Below, in pieces: positions 1 to 12,196 of a DNA stretch of 64,000 bases. The DNA lies in assembly GCA_965974465.1 (NCBI GenBank), contig CBHCMF010000001.1, positions 6,962-70,961 of the forward strand, written 5' to 3'. Source of the DNA: an uncultured Noviherbaspirillum sp. (lineage in GTDB: Bacteria; Pseudomonadota; Gammaproteobacteria; Burkholderiales; Burkholderiaceae_D). Under the pieces are notes generated by a model. It saw only the letters and a program-made list of their open reading frames with translations. It had not been told where the DNA came from and did no database searches. Each line of letters begins with the position of its first letter. Positions within the stretch are counted from its first letter, which is position 1. The translations under genes were made by a program, and so were the position numbers.

Positions 1-1399
1 GACCTGGTAGCGGTGACAACGCGCAATGGCGCATGAAAGGCGCCACACGGATGATGGCGTTGTGGCCCCAGTAATGCGATTCGCCAAGCTGCCAGTAGTG
101 CAGGCCAGCAGTAAAAAGCGGGCCGTATAAGCGCGTGGAGAACTGCTGAATGCGTGCATATAAGGTATCGCGCCCAGCGGCCGTGGGCGCCGTCTGGATA
201 ATGCCGGCACCTGGATTGGCTTCCATCATCCGCACCAGTTTTGTGATGCAGGTGCCGCTCATGACGCTGTCGGCATCGAGCACAATCATGTAGCGATAGG
301 CGCTGCCCCATCGACGGCAGAAGTCGTCGATGTTGCCACTTTTGCGTTTTACGCGGCGTGTGCGGTGGCGATAGAAAATATGGCCGAAGCCGCCGACGGC
401 ACGGCACAAAGTGGCCCAGGCGGTGAGTTCGGCGCTGCGAATGTCGCTGTCACTGCTGTCACTTAACACGAAGAAGTCGAAGCGAGCCAGCTCACCGCTG
501 CGCGCCACTGATTCATAGGTGGCGCGCAGCCCAGCCATCACGCGCGTCACATCCTCATTACATATCGGCATGACGATCGCGGTACGCGCGTCTTCCGGGA
601 TCGGTGTACGATCATCGACATGGCGCGCAATCGCATAGCGGTCGTTGCCACGCATGAGCACCAGAAAGCCCGCCATGGCTGTCCAGAAACCGGCCGATAC
701 CCAACAGAACAACACCGCAAATAATCCCAGCAATAGCATTTCGAGCAGCGTGGTCCCTTGATAGGGCAGGACTTGGCTCATGTAATACGTGGCGAGGATG
801 GTTTGTGCCAGCATGAGTGTCAGCAGCACGATGCGCCGGATATTGCCAAGGGTTTGCCAGCGGCCACGTGCATCGGGAACATCGACGACGTCCTCCGGTA
901 CCAACGGTATATTGGCAGGCCAAGGCTGACGTGTGGGGTCATCCGTGCTGCGTTCAATCCATTGGTCACGCCGCCGCCTCAGAGAGGCAAGCCAGCGCCT
1001 GGCCGGATTGAGTGGCCCCCATGGATAGGGAGTCATTGAGGCGCGCTGCAGTGGCGGGACGAGTTGCCTTGGCATCTGCCGCCGCCGTTCCGCATCCAAG
1101 CGCAGGATATTGTCGCCCTGTTGCACTAACGGCTCGCGATCATCAAAGGCTAACTGTAGGCGGCGTGTCACCGATCCATAGGCCGGGATGGCATGCTGAT
1201 GTCTTCCAGCAAGGGCGCCGTGTAGCTGGATGAGCGCATCGCGGGGCGTGGGGCCAGTGATGCGTGATGCCAGCGTGCGATGCTGTTCAGAGGAAAGTGG
1301 CAGGCGCTCCAGGTAACGCTCGCATACTTGCGATACGTTGTTGCCGGCAGTTACCGGTGCGCGCCTCAGCTTTACTCGGGGGGTAATATGTAACTCCAC
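1..1399 (-). CDS. opgH: Glucans biosynthesis glucosyltransferase H (5' part; runs off the left edge)
   Basis: Minus-strand frame read by hand: [43 protein letters not shown]. Directly downstream of opgG. The in-frame start found near the 5' end is a GTG at 1399 overlapping the opgG end, so the start is uncertain. Confidence 0.93.
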   Translation of the reverse strand, partial: MELHITPRVKLRRAPVTAGNNVSQVCERYLERLPLSSEQHRTLASRITGPTPRDALIQLHGALAGRHQHAIPAYGSVTRRLQLAFDDREPLVQQGDNILRLDAERRRQMPRQLVPPLQRASMTPYPWGPLNPARRWLASLRRRRDQWIERSTDDPTRQPWPANIPLVPEDVVDVPDARGRWQTLGNIRRIVLLTLMLAQTILATYYMSQVLPYQGTTLLEMLLLGLFAVLFCWVSAGFWTAMAGFLVLMRGNDRYAIARHVDDRTPIPEDARTAIVMPICNEDVTRVMAGLRATYESVARSGELARFDFFVLSDSSDSDIRSAELTAWATLCRAVGGFGHIFYRHRTRRVKRKSGNIDDFCRRWGSAYRYMIVLDADSVMSGTCITKLVRMMEANPGAGIIQTAPTAAGRDTLYARIQQFSTRLYGPLFTAGLHYWQLGESHYWGHNAIIRVAPFMRHCALSPLPG

Positions 1400-2913
1400 G
1401 TTTCGGATAAAGTATTGTTATTGCTGTTGAGATATCCACGCAGCTCGACGGGCTTTTTCTCGTCGTTGCGGCGCAGCCGGATTGTCATGCGCCATCCGCC
1501 AGTAACGTCGTTGCGGATGGTATTGGTCTCCAGCACCTTGCCGTTGGCATCGCTGCTAACCACAGCGTTGACTTGCGTACCGGCAGCAAGGTTTTTTAGA
1601 GCGGGACCATCGAAATCGACTGATAACGCGATGCTGTCGTCCTGCTTTTGTATCCACCCGTGGCCACGCCGCGTCTGGCTTACCCATGCCAACGGAGGAC
1701 GCTGTTCTGCATCCTTCTGCCACAGTAGGCGGTATTCGAAATCAAAGGGTACGCCGGGTTTGGGCGGCTTATCAGGCACCCAAAACGCCACCACGTTGTC
1801 ATTAGTTTCGTCGGGGGTCGGGATTTGGATCAGTTCGACACGCCCTGCCCCCCACTGTCCCTTCGGTTCGACCCAGGCGCTTGGGCGCTTTTGATAATGC
1901 GCTTCAAGGTCTTCATAACTGGTGAAGGCACGATCCCGTTGCATCAAGCCAAAACCAACAGGATTGTTCAGTGCAAACGAAGTCACCAGTAAACGTCTGG
2001 GGTTGACCAATGGACGCCAGATCCACTCGCCAGTTCCCGACTGGATGGAAAGACCATCGGAATCATGCACTTCCGGGCGGTAATCTTCGATCTGCGGTCG
2101 CTGGTTCTCCCCAAAAAAATACATGCTGGTGAGTGGCGCGATACCGAGCTTGCTGACGTTTTCGCGCAGATAGAGTTGGGCTTTGACATCAATCGCGGTA
2201 TCGCTGCCCGGTTTGACTGTGAAGCGGTAGGCACCGGTCACTCTGCGTGAATCCAGCAGCGCATAAATAGTCAGTTCTTTGCTGGTTGCAGTGGGGCGGT
2301 CGATCCAGAACTCAGTGAAGTGCGGAAACTCCTCGCCTGAGTGGAGCGCTGTATCGATAGCTAGACCACGCGCAGAAAGGCCATACAGCTGTCCCTTGCC
2401 CACCGCACGGAAATAGCTGGCGCCGAGAAACACCAGCACTTCATCTTTGTACTTGGGCGTATTGAGCGGATAGTGGACGCGGAAACCGGCAAAACCAAGG
2501 CCCGCAAGATCCTTCTGATGCAAGGTGTTGACGCCGTAGTGGAAGGTCTTTGGATCGAATCGGATTTCATGCACACTCTTACCGCTTATTTCGTACACCC
2601 TCACTGGCGTGTTAAAGGCCATGCCTTGATGAAAGAAGGCTAGCTCAAACGGAAGTTTGGCATTGCGCCACCAAGATTTTGATGGGTCAAAGCGGATGTC
2701 ACGATATTGATCATAGTTAAGACTGGCCAGCGTCTTCGAGATATTCTTCTCCGGTTTGCGATAGGTGCTCGCCGCCAGTCGCTTGGCTTTTGCAGCGACA
2801 TCATTGAAGTCGAATGCATAGCTCGGCTGCGAAAGCCATAGCGGAGACAACATCAACGTTGTGGACAGGATACGTCTACAGGCACGGGATAGGTTCATCG
2901 GATAGATAGGCAT
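1372..2913 (-). CDS. opgG: Periplasmic glucan biosynthesis protein G
   Basis: Signal peptide; motifs [58 protein letters not shown]. Confidence 0.96.
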   Translation of the reverse strand: MPIYPMNLSRACRRILSTTLMLSPLWLSQPSYAFDFNDVAAKAKRLAASTYRKPEKNISKTLASLNYDQYRDIRFDPSKSWWRNAKLPFELAFFHQGMAFNTPVRVYEISGKSVHEIRFDPKTFHYGVNTLHQKDLAGLGFAGFRVHYPLNTPKYKDEVLVFLGASYFRAVGKGQLYGLSARGLAIDTALHSGEEFPHFTEFWIDRPTATSKELTIYALLDSRRVTGAYRFTVKPGSDTAIDVKAQLYLRENVSKLGIAPLTSMYFFGENQRPQIEDYRPEVHDSDGLSIQSGTGEWIWRPLVNPRRLLVTSFALNNPVGFGLMQRDRAFTSYEDLEAHYQKRPSAWVEPKGQWGAGRVELIQIPTPDETNDNVVAFWVPDKPPKPGVPFDFEYRLLWQKDAEQRPPLAWVSQTRRGHGWIQKQDDSIALSVDFDGPALKNLAAGTQVNAVVSSDANGKVLETNTIRNDVTGGWRMTIRLRRNDEKKPVELRGYLNSNNNTLSETWSYILPPE

Positions 2914-3073
2914 CGGGGTCTATTTCAAATGCATAATGGCGTATGTTGCAGTGCATCGTTATTGCTGTTTTGAGGCATGGCATTATTTCTTATTTATTAA
3001 TTGCAAAATTGCAATATGACTCCATTCACGTCTAATGGTTCCATCCGGGAACACGGAATTTTTTGAGGAAGCG

Positions 3074-4156
3074 ATGAAACTGTCGACCTTCATCACACAC
3101 AACATGGAAGCCATCATCTCGGAGTGGGAGGCAGTCACCAGAACGCTGCTACCTGAGGCAAGCGCCACGTCGTGTCTGGCACTGCGCCATCATGTGCAGG
3201 AGATCTTGGAGAAGGTGACTAAACATATCGACGCGCGTGACAAGGAATCGCCGTGTGCTGCCGCATCTGGTCATGGTGTGTCGGGCCATGCAGCTGGCTT
3301 CGACCTCATGCAACTCGGTGTTGAATTTCGTGTGCTACGGGCGAGCGTGATTCGTCTCTGGGCGAACGGCGGAGGGCAGACCGATGAAGCAGGCTTCCAT
3401 GAGATGCTGCGCTTTCACGAAGCGATTGACCAGGCACTGGCGGAGTCGATGGTGCGTTATGTGGAAGACATAGAGCGTTCTCGCACGCTCTTCATCGGCA
3501 TGCTCGCCCATGACTTGCGCGCGCCGCTCAGCGCCATCTCCATGAGTTGCCAATATCTCTCTCGTCAAAATGTGTCAACGGACCGGCTCTCTGAAGCCGT
3601 GGGGCGTATTAGCCGAAGCGCCGATGCGATGAGCGGCATGATTAAGGAATTACTCGATTTTGCTCGGTCCCGGTTGGGCAAAGAGATGCCGATCACACGC
3701 CGCCGGACCGATATTGGTGCCGTCTGCCTCTCGGCGCTGGATGATATGCGCGCTGCACATCCCCGTTGTGAATTTTTGTTGGATGTGACGGGCGAGCTTG
3801 TTGGTCAGGTTGATGCCGCACGCTTGCATCAACTCTTGTGGAATCTGTTGAATAACGCGGTTCAGCATGGCGCGCGCGGACAACCGATCATTTTGACGGC
3901 ACGTAGTACATCCGATGCTGTGCTGTTGCAGGTGAAAAACCGCGGACCCGTCATTCCCACCGAAGCGATCCCTATGATCTTCGATCCGCTGGTGCAGTTC
4001 AGTACCGCCGATGCCGACGGCGGCATGCCGGCTAATCTCGGCCTTGGTCTGTTCATTGCGCACGAAATTACGCGTGCGCATGGCGGTGAAATCAGTGTTG
4101 CCTCGTCCGAACAAGCAGGCACCGTGTTCACGGTGCGGCTGCCGCGCACTGCGTAA
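3074..4156 (+). CDS. Cytoplasmic sensor histidine kinase (RsbRD-N-like helical N-terminus, HisKA, HATPase)
   Basis: H-box LAHDLRAPL, N-box NLLNNAVQHG, G-box LGLGLFIA; RBS GAGGA before ATG 3074. Confidence 0.9.
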   Translation: MKLSTFITHNMEAIISEWEAVTRTLLPEASATSCLALRHHVQEILEKVTKHIDARDKESPCAAASGHGVSGHAAGFDLMQLGVEFRVLRASVIRLWANGGGQTDEAGFHEMLRFHEAIDQALAESMVRYVEDIERSRTLFIGMLAHDLRAPLSAISMSCQYLSRQNVSTDRLSEAVGRISRSADAMSGMIKELLDFARSRLGKEMPITRRRTDIGAVCLSALDDMRAAHPRCEFLLDVTGELVGQVDAARLHQLLWNLLNNAVQHGARGQPIILTARSTSDAVLLQVKNRGPVIPTEAIPMIFDPLVQFSTADADGGMPANLGLGLFIAHEITRAHGGEISVASSEQAGTVFTVRLPRTA

Positions 4157-4209
4157 GAGTCTGTTTCGGGCTTCGCCAAACAGGCCGATTTCCTCTTTGA
4201 GCAAATGAA

Positions 4210-4611
4210 CTAGGACAAGTCTCCACGGTAGGCAAGGTGAATCTTATTGCCGTCAGGATCGCGGAGATAGGCACCATAGTAACCTGCACCGTAGTGCGCA
4301 CGAGGACCGGGCGCCCCCTCATCGGTGCCGCCCATTTTCATCCCGGCCGCATAGGCGGTATCGACTGCCTCAGGAGACGGCGCCAAGAAGGCGACCATGC
4401 TTCCGTTCCCGACAGTAGCGGGTTGACGATCAAACGGCATATAGACGTAAAACCGTGGCAAGGTGCCATCCGGTTTGATCCAGCAGGCCGCTGGAGGACC
4501 GCCATCCGGTGTGACCGGGCGCTGCTTCAATCCTAACGGAATAAGGATGGCGTTATAGAACGATATAGCGCGCTCGAGGTTGTTGCATCCTACGGTTACG
4601 TGACTGAACAT
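4210..4611 (-). CDS. VOC/glyoxalase family protein
   Basis: MFSHVTVG...FY, GNGSMVAF, GGTDEGAPGPR, YGAYLRDPDGNK. Confidence 0.92.
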   Translation of the reverse strand: MFSHVTVGCNNLERAISFYNAILIPLGLKQRPVTPDGGPPAACWIKPDGTLPRFYVYMPFDRQPATVGNGSMVAFLAPSPEAVDTAYAAGMKMGGTDEGAPGPRAHYGAGYYGAYLRDPDGNKIHLAYRGDLS

Positions 4612-4627
4612 GAAACGTCCTCCGCTT

Positions 4628-4675
4628 AGGCGCCACGCAGGAATAACTTGTGCAAGTTATTCCTGCGTGGCGCCT
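4628..4675. repeat. Perfect 23-bp inverted repeat with a 2-nt spacer
   Basis: AGGCGCCACGCAGGAATAACTTG-tg-CAAGTTATTCCTGCGTGGCGCCT, read directly. Confidence 0.95.
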
Positions 4676-4702
4676 TATTGTTGATGAAAGAAAGTGGTGC
4701 GG

Positions 4703-5161
4703 CTAGCCTCCGGTATGCTTGCTGTAAGCATAGAAGACTTGATCTCTGACCCAGCCAAGCGACTCATATAAAGATTGCGCTGTCAGATTGGTTTTTGCAG
4801 TGGTGAGATCCATTCTTGCGAAGCCGTTGCGTCGTGCGTGTTCTTCTACTGCTTGCAATAACTGTTTTCCGGCGCCTGTTCGACGTGCGCTGGGGACAAC
4901 GTACAGGTCATAGAGTGAATAGATGGGAACTGCTTCGACGGAGCAGAAGAGCGGGTACACCTGGCAAAAACCCACGCTCTGTTGTTCCTGATCTTCGGCC
5001 AGGAAGATGATAGATTCGTTGTTCTCCATCCGCTTGCGAATGAAATCCGTTGCAAGTGCCAAGTTCGGCTCTTGCGCATAAAACTGCCGATAGGCGTCGA
5101 ACAATGGGGCGACGGTCTCGAGGTCAGAACGGGTCGCGATTCTGATATGGATAGTGGGCAT
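4703..5161 (-). CDS. GNAT family N-acetyltransferase
   Basis: LFDAYRQFY, DLYVVPSARRTGAGKQLL (motif A), NLTAQSLYESLGW. Confidence 0.92.
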   Translation of the reverse strand: MPTIHIRIATRSDLETVAPLFDAYRQFYAQEPNLALATDFIRKRMENNESIIFLAEDQEQQSVGFCQVYPLFCSVEAVPIYSLYDLYVVPSARRTGAGKQLLQAVEEHARRNGFARMDLTTAKTNLTAQSLYESLGWVRDQVFYAYSKHTGG

Positions 5162-5221
5162 GGGAGTGTTGATCCGTTATTGTCAATTTGCTGCAAGTAT
5201 AGGCATCGGCACGCAAGTTCG

Positions 5222-5905
5222 TCATTCTCTGGAGTAAATTAAGTCACCGTCATTTGAAACCAGGTGCTCTCCCTGTTGATTGAGCTCCATACGCTCAAAG
5301 GCCTGAGGGATGACCCATTGGGTATCGTCAACGACGAAGAGGCCGATCCGCCTTTCCGCCCATTGGGTCGGCACTGGAAACCACTGCCAATCGGTTGAAG
5401 CGCCTTTGCGTCGAAGGCCCGCACGAACCCAGCGTTCATTGCCGGTCACATTCGCAATGGCATCGCCATTTCGATCTGTCACAGCCTCCAAGCGATGTCC
5501 TGTGTTGCTTTCGAAAACGACTTCAATGGGCACGCGAACTGGGCCAACATTGGGCATGCCGACAATGGCCACCCACGTTCCGGGTGCGGCTGGTTTCCTG
5601 ATCCGCATCTCGTCCTCTTCGAATAAACGAAACGTGGGCGAACCAGAAGGGGATGCGGATTCGAGAATGACCTTTCCGTCTTTGGCGTGCCATGTGCCAC
5701 TTGCTTGGCGATCCATCGCGCCGTAGCTGAGTATCCATTCGAATTTGCCATTCGCAAGAAGAAGCAGTTCGGATCCGACCTCGGATAGGCTTTGAAGATA
5801 GTAATGGCCAACCAAGGAAGCGGGTCTCTGATCTTCGGCTTTGGCAACGAGGATGCACCAAAGAAACATCATCAGGATGGTGCGTGCAATAAAAGAAATA
5901 TTCAT
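5222..5905 (-). CDS. Secreted hypothetical protein
   Basis: 227-aa ORF with a signal peptide (AKA cleavage) and a GHYYLQ..EVGSELLL...GKFEW.LSYGA segment. Confidence 0.7.
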   Translation of the reverse strand: MNISFIARTILMMFLWCILVAKAEDQRPASLVGHYYLQSLSEVGSELLLLANGKFEWILSYGAMDRQASGTWHAKDGKVILESASPSGSPTFRLFEEDEMRIRKPAAPGTWVAIVGMPNVGPVRVPIEVVFESNTGHRLEAVTDRNGDAIANVTGNERWVRAGLRRKGASTDWQWFPVPTQWAERRIGLFVVDDTQWVIPQAFERMELNQQGEHLVSNDGDLIYSRE

Positions 5906-6014
5906 CTTGTTATCTATGGAGAATGCCGGGAAAAATAGTGCTTAATGGTAAACGTATCGAGGCATCTCATCCGAGTCCAGCGATAATTTCGGTATAGGCG
6001 AGTAAGATAGGTCC

Positions 6015-7313
6015 ATGCTGAATACTCTTGCCGATCTTCTTAACCGCGGATGCTTTTGCATCGGGATGGATAATGACGCGCTGCGGCGTGCACTCGAATC
6101 TGAACTAGGTGGGCCCGACGTATTGGATCTGGTTGCGGAACGTTGTCCCTACGTATTTTCCGCCTTTCCGGTGTTTATATCCGGAACACATGCCGAGCGC
6201 ATGGCGGACGTTATTTCTGCGGTGGAATCGGTGGTGGCCTTACCGGCGTTCCGGGAGGAGGTACTTGGTGCTGCGCCGTCGATTGCGCGGCACGATCCGG
6301 GCGATGCCAAGAGCGTGTTCTTTGGTTACGACTTCCACGTCGACGCGCAAGGCATCGGACTTATCGAGATCAATACCAATGCCGGCGGCGCCATGCTCAA
6401 TGCGGCGCTCGCCCGCGCACAGCGCGCTTGCTGCCGTGAAGTCGAACAGGTGTTGCCCATGTCGGGTTTGACCACAACCTTGGAAGACCGAATCAGCGAG
6501 ATGTTTCACAACGAGTGGACGCTTTCCGCACGCACGCGTCCGTTGCGTACGATCGCCATTGTCGATGACATGCCGGAAGCCCAATACCTGTATCCGGAAT
6601 TTCTGATGTTTCGCGAACTGTTTCAACGCCATGGCTTGCAAGCGGTCATCACTGATCCCTCTGCGTTGACCATGCGTGACGGTGTGCTATGGCATGGTGA
6701 AGCCCCGATCGACATGGTGTACAACCGCCTCACCGATTTCATGCTGGAAGCCCCGGCTAGCGCAGCGCTGCGTGCCGCTTATTTGGAAAATGCGGTGGTG
6801 CTGACGCCGCATCCTCAGGCGCATGCGCTCTATGCTGACAAGCGCAATCTTGTATTGTTGAGTGACGCTGACCGGCTGCGCGCATTGGGCGTACCGGAAG
6901 CGACGATCGACGTGTTGCTGTCTGCGGTTCCTCGTACCGAGCTGGTGCGCAGCGACAATGCCGAGCGTCTGTGGCGTGAGCGTCGCCATCTGTTCTTCAA
7001 ACCGACCGCAGGGTACGGAGGCCGTGCCGCCTACCGCGGCGACAAGCTGACAAAGCGGGTATGGCAGGAAATCCTCGCTGGTGACTACGTCGCACAGGCG
7101 TTGGTGGCACCGGGCGAGCGCGTCGTCGATAGTGAGCAAGCTATGCAAGCGCTTAAGTTTGATGTGCGCAACTACGCCTACGATGGCACGGTGCAATGGC
7201 TTGCAGCACGGTTGTATCAAGGCCAGACCACCAACTTCCGAACTCCGGGCGGCGGCTTCGCGCCGGTGTATCGGCTGAATGTCCCAGAGGGCTGCGGCTG
7301 CATACAGGCATAA
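6015..7313 (+). CDS. Circularly permuted ATP-grasp peptide-ligase-like protein (glutathionylspermidine synthase superfamily)
   Basis: GYDFH...LIEINTNAGG, DMVYNRLTD, ALYADKRNL, FFKPTAGYGG, KFDVRNY, ARLYQGQTTNFRTPGGGF. Confidence 0.78.
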   Translation: MLNTLADLLNRGCFCIGMDNDALRRALESELGGPDVLDLVAERCPYVFSAFPVFISGTHAERMADVISAVESVVALPAFREEVLGAAPSIARHDPGDAKSVFFGYDFHVDAQGIGLIEINTNAGGAMLNAALARAQRACCREVEQVLPMSGLTTTLEDRISEMFHNEWTLSARTRPLRTIAIVDDMPEAQYLYPEFLMFRELFQRHGLQAVITDPSALTMRDGVLWHGEAPIDMVYNRLTDFMLEAPASAALRAAYLENAVVLTPHPQAHALYADKRNLVLLSDADRLRALGVPEATIDVLLSAVPRTELVRSDNAERLWRERRHLFFKPTAGYGGRAAYRGDKLTKRVWQEILAGDYVAQALVAPGERVVDSEQAMQALKFDVRNYAYDGTVQWLAARLYQGQTTNFRTPGGGFAPVYRLNVPEGCGCIQA

Positions 7314-7428
7314 AGCGACGTTTCTCGAACTTGCGGCTTTGCCGATCCTCTAAGGGTGTGTGCGTCACCTGCGTTCGACCGCATCTGATAGCGGGGCCGT
7401 TTCATCCTGTCAAGAAAAGGAGTCTGCG

Positions 7429-7629
7429 ATGAAAATGAACAATCCGAACCGAAACCGGAACAAATCTTCCAATCGCAACGAGATGCAGCAGAAACAATCA
7501 GGCGACCAGCATATTTTGCCGCCGGATGAGCCTGCCGAGGATCCGCATCGTCCGCATCGTATCAGCCGCGAGGACATGCAGAAAATGCGGCCATCTGATC
7601 CTGATCCTGACGATCCTGTATCACCGTAA
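7429..7629 (+). CDS. Small hydrophilic protein (66 aa), Asn/Arg-rich N-terminus and Pro/Asp-rich C-terminus
   Basis: RBS AAGGAG at 7417-7422 before ATG 7429; ends MRPSDPDPDDPVSP. Confidence 0.65.
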   Translation: MKMNNPNRNRNKSSNRNEMQQKQSGDQHILPPDEPAEDPHRPHRISREDMQKMRPSDPDPDDPVSP

Positions 7630-7676
7630 TCGTCTAAAGGACGAACGTGGTTGGCGGTGCAGAATAATTGGCCCCG

Positions 7677-8486
7677 TTATCCGGGGGTAGGGGGTGTTTC
7701 TGGCAAAGCGCTGCCTGGCATGGTGGAGGCCTGCGTTGGCGCATTGCCTTCTCGTGCGCTGAACACCATTTCCGTCATCCAGTTGACCAGTAGTGCCGTA
7801 TAGGTGCGTTGCCAAGTATCTTCCGACAGGCCATGATCGGCCTCCTGGATCACACGGTAGGTCAAGGATCTTGGTTGCGCAAAAGCTTCCAGATAACTCG
7901 ATATCACCGCATGGGGAATTACCTTGTCCCGTTCCGATTCGACTAGCAGCACATCGCCGGGGAACGCAGTACAGGCGCGCAGTGCACGGTTGTCCTCGGC
8001 GGGTATCAGGCTCTGACGATAGGTGCCCAGATCCTGCCCGCTGTGCAATTGCTGTTTCGGCAGCTGCCATCCATTGTCCATGTAGAGCGCCGGCACACGC
8101 AATGCCAGCCACCTTACTGATCGTAGCGACGTTAGGATCGCCGCCAGATAGCCACCATAGCTGCTGCCGACCACTGCGATTGCAGAGGGGTCAACGCTAC
8201 GGTGCTGGGCCAGTACGTCATACGCCGCCAGCACATCGTGCAAATTGTTTTCGCGTGAAACGGTTTCCTGCTGTGGCTTCGTGCGGGCATGACCGCGCAA
8301 ATCGAAGGTGAGGCAAACGCACCCTAGTGCTGCTACCTCGCGTGCGCGTGCCAGATATTGCTCCTGACTGCCGCCCCAGCCATGTACGAACAGTATGCCC
8401 GGTACCTGCGTTGCGGGGGTAACAATGGTGCCGGCGATATGCTCGCCATTCACTGCGATATTAATGGTGTCGTCATGTGTGGCCAT
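7677..8486 (-). CDS. Alpha/beta hydrolase (S9 peptidase-like)
   Basis: FVHGWGG, DLRGH, nucleophile elbow GSSYGG, catalytic D (RDKVI) and H (ADHGL); overlaps the stop of the upstream gene. Confidence 0.9.
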   Translation of the reverse strand: MATHDDTINIAVNGEHIAGTIVTPATQVPGILFVHGWGGSQEQYLARAREVAALGCVCLTFDLRGHARTKPQQETVSRENNLHDVLAAYDVLAQHRSVDPSAIAVVGSSYGGYLAAILTSLRSVRWLALRVPALYMDNGWQLPKQQLHSGQDLGTYRQSLIPAEDNRALRACTAFPGDVLLVESERDKVIPHAVISSYLEAFAQPRSLTYRVIQEADHGLSEDTWQRTYTALLVNWMTEMVFSAREGNAPTQASTMPGSALPETPPTPG

Positions 8487-9633
8487 AGGACTCGAGCCTG
8501 GCATATTTGGTCAGAGGGCCGACGCTGTCGTCGACATCTTGAAAATACACAACGGCGTCGGAAGGTAGCGGTCCCGATTCTCCGTAGATTTCGACGGTCG
8601 AGGTATGCACCACATCGAGTGCCGGATCGGCGCGAAAGGCTTCGAACGCGGCGATCTCCGCGCCGCTGGCACCGCCGATGCGCCAAGATTGTTCGAGCAC
8701 GCCGGAGTGTTGGTATCCTTCATCATCAATGCCTTGCGCAATGTCGTAATTGCAGCGTGAGGCGAACATGCCGGTAAAGCAGTCCATTGCGGTTGCGTGG
8801 TAGAGGCGTGCTTGCACAATGGCCGTACGCACCTCTGGCGCCAGATCAAGCTGCATCAGCCGATCAAAATCGCCGCGTACTACCACCAGGGTGGAGCCGC
8901 CATAGACGAGCGTGCCCCGGTTGTTGGGCGTGAGTCGCTGCGTGCCGTAATAGGTGATGAGCAAATCGTCGAGGCGGGCCTGGCCTACGCTGAGTGTACG
9001 CACATCGGTCAGATTGCGTTCGATGACCACACCTTCGCGTGCCACATCGTGTTCGTTCAGCGCTTGTAGTTCGGTATCGAGCGTAGCGAGGTCTGCGGCA
9101 ACTACCTGTCCCAAGCCACCGACGCCGCTGGCTTGCTTGATGCGCACGCTACCGCTTTGCAACAGGCGCAAGCCGGCTTCACGCGCATCGGCCAGCGAGA
9201 AGGCCGAAAAGCCCGGCAACACGGCTTCCCGCACTTGCTGCGCAAAGCGCTCCGACCAGCCTGTCGGTGCCACGGCATGTGGTGTCAGCAGGCCGTGCGT
9301 GATGGTCTTGGTCGCCATGAAGGGATAGGGCACCATGCCGCCGAATAGATCATGTTCGCAGCGTATGCCCAGCGATCGTGCAAAAGTGTCCATCGTCAGC
9401 GTGTCGCTCGGTACAAAATACAAAGGGCTGTCATACCGGGATACCGGGTCAAATTCCCCCACAAAATCGACCTGTTTCAGCGCGGCCAGCTTTTTTGCCA
9501 GCACACGCTGCGTCACACTCTCGTGACTGTGCCGATGCGTATCCGGCTTGCAGTAATACACCGCCACCGCGCTTGGCGCCGTTGCCTGCAGGCTGTGCTC
9601 AGGCATACACTCGCTCTCCTCACCTTGGTTCAT
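8473..9633 (-). CDS. DUF3182 family ATP-grasp-like protein
   Basis: YFVPSDTL, DLFGGMVPYPFMATKTITH, VRIKQASGVGGLGQ, TLSVGQ, YGGS, ASRCNYD, LEQSWRIGGAS; start at 9633 or 9606. Confidence 0.82.
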   Translation of the reverse strand: MNQGEESECMPEHSLQATAPSAVAVYYCKPDTHRHSHESVTQRVLAKKLAALKQVDFVGEFDPVSRYDSPLYFVPSDTLTMDTFARSLGIRCEHDLFGGMVPYPFMATKTITHGLLTPHAVAPTGWSERFAQQVREAVLPGFSAFSLADAREAGLRLLQSGSVRIKQASGVGGLGQVVAADLATLDTELQALNEHDVAREGVVIERNLTDVRTLSVGQARLDDLLITYYGTQRLTPNNRGTLVYGGSTLVVVRGDFDRLMQLDLAPEVRTAIVQARLYHATAMDCFTGMFASRCNYDIAQGIDDEGYQHSGVLEQSWRIGGASGAEIAAFEAFRADPALDVVHTSTVEIYGESGPLPSDAVVYFQDVDDSVGPLTKYARLESYGHT

Positions 9634-9727
9634 GCGATTTCTCCGCCGCCTTGGCTTGCGCTGATATCCGGCGCGCAATGCTTTGTAGTGAAGGTTGCCG
9701 GTACCGCTATCCCCTATGCAAGTTAAA

Positions 9728-9742
9728 GCAAAAAGCAAGCCC
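9728..9742 (-). promoter_or_regulatory. Candidate sigma-54 promoter for the DUF3182-hydrolase pair
   Basis: Minus strand GGGCTTGCTTTTTGC has GG-N10-GC spacing with TTGC. Confidence 0.45.
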
Positions 9743-9834
9743 ATGACTTTCGGCATGGGCCCCAAGCTGCTGAAAAAGGTTTACGATGAACATCTGTTCG
9801 CTTCCCCTTCGGAAAAATCGAGCAACCGTCTGCC

Positions 9835-12174
<2,340 letters not shown>

Positions 12175-12196
12175 GTACTACGTTGCATTGGCCCGT

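Noticed and set aside
4210-5905. VOC-GNAT-secreted trio as a second cassette array
   Set aside because: The spacers lack RYYYAAC/GTTRRRY boxes, and the palindrome is perfect, without attC-type bulges
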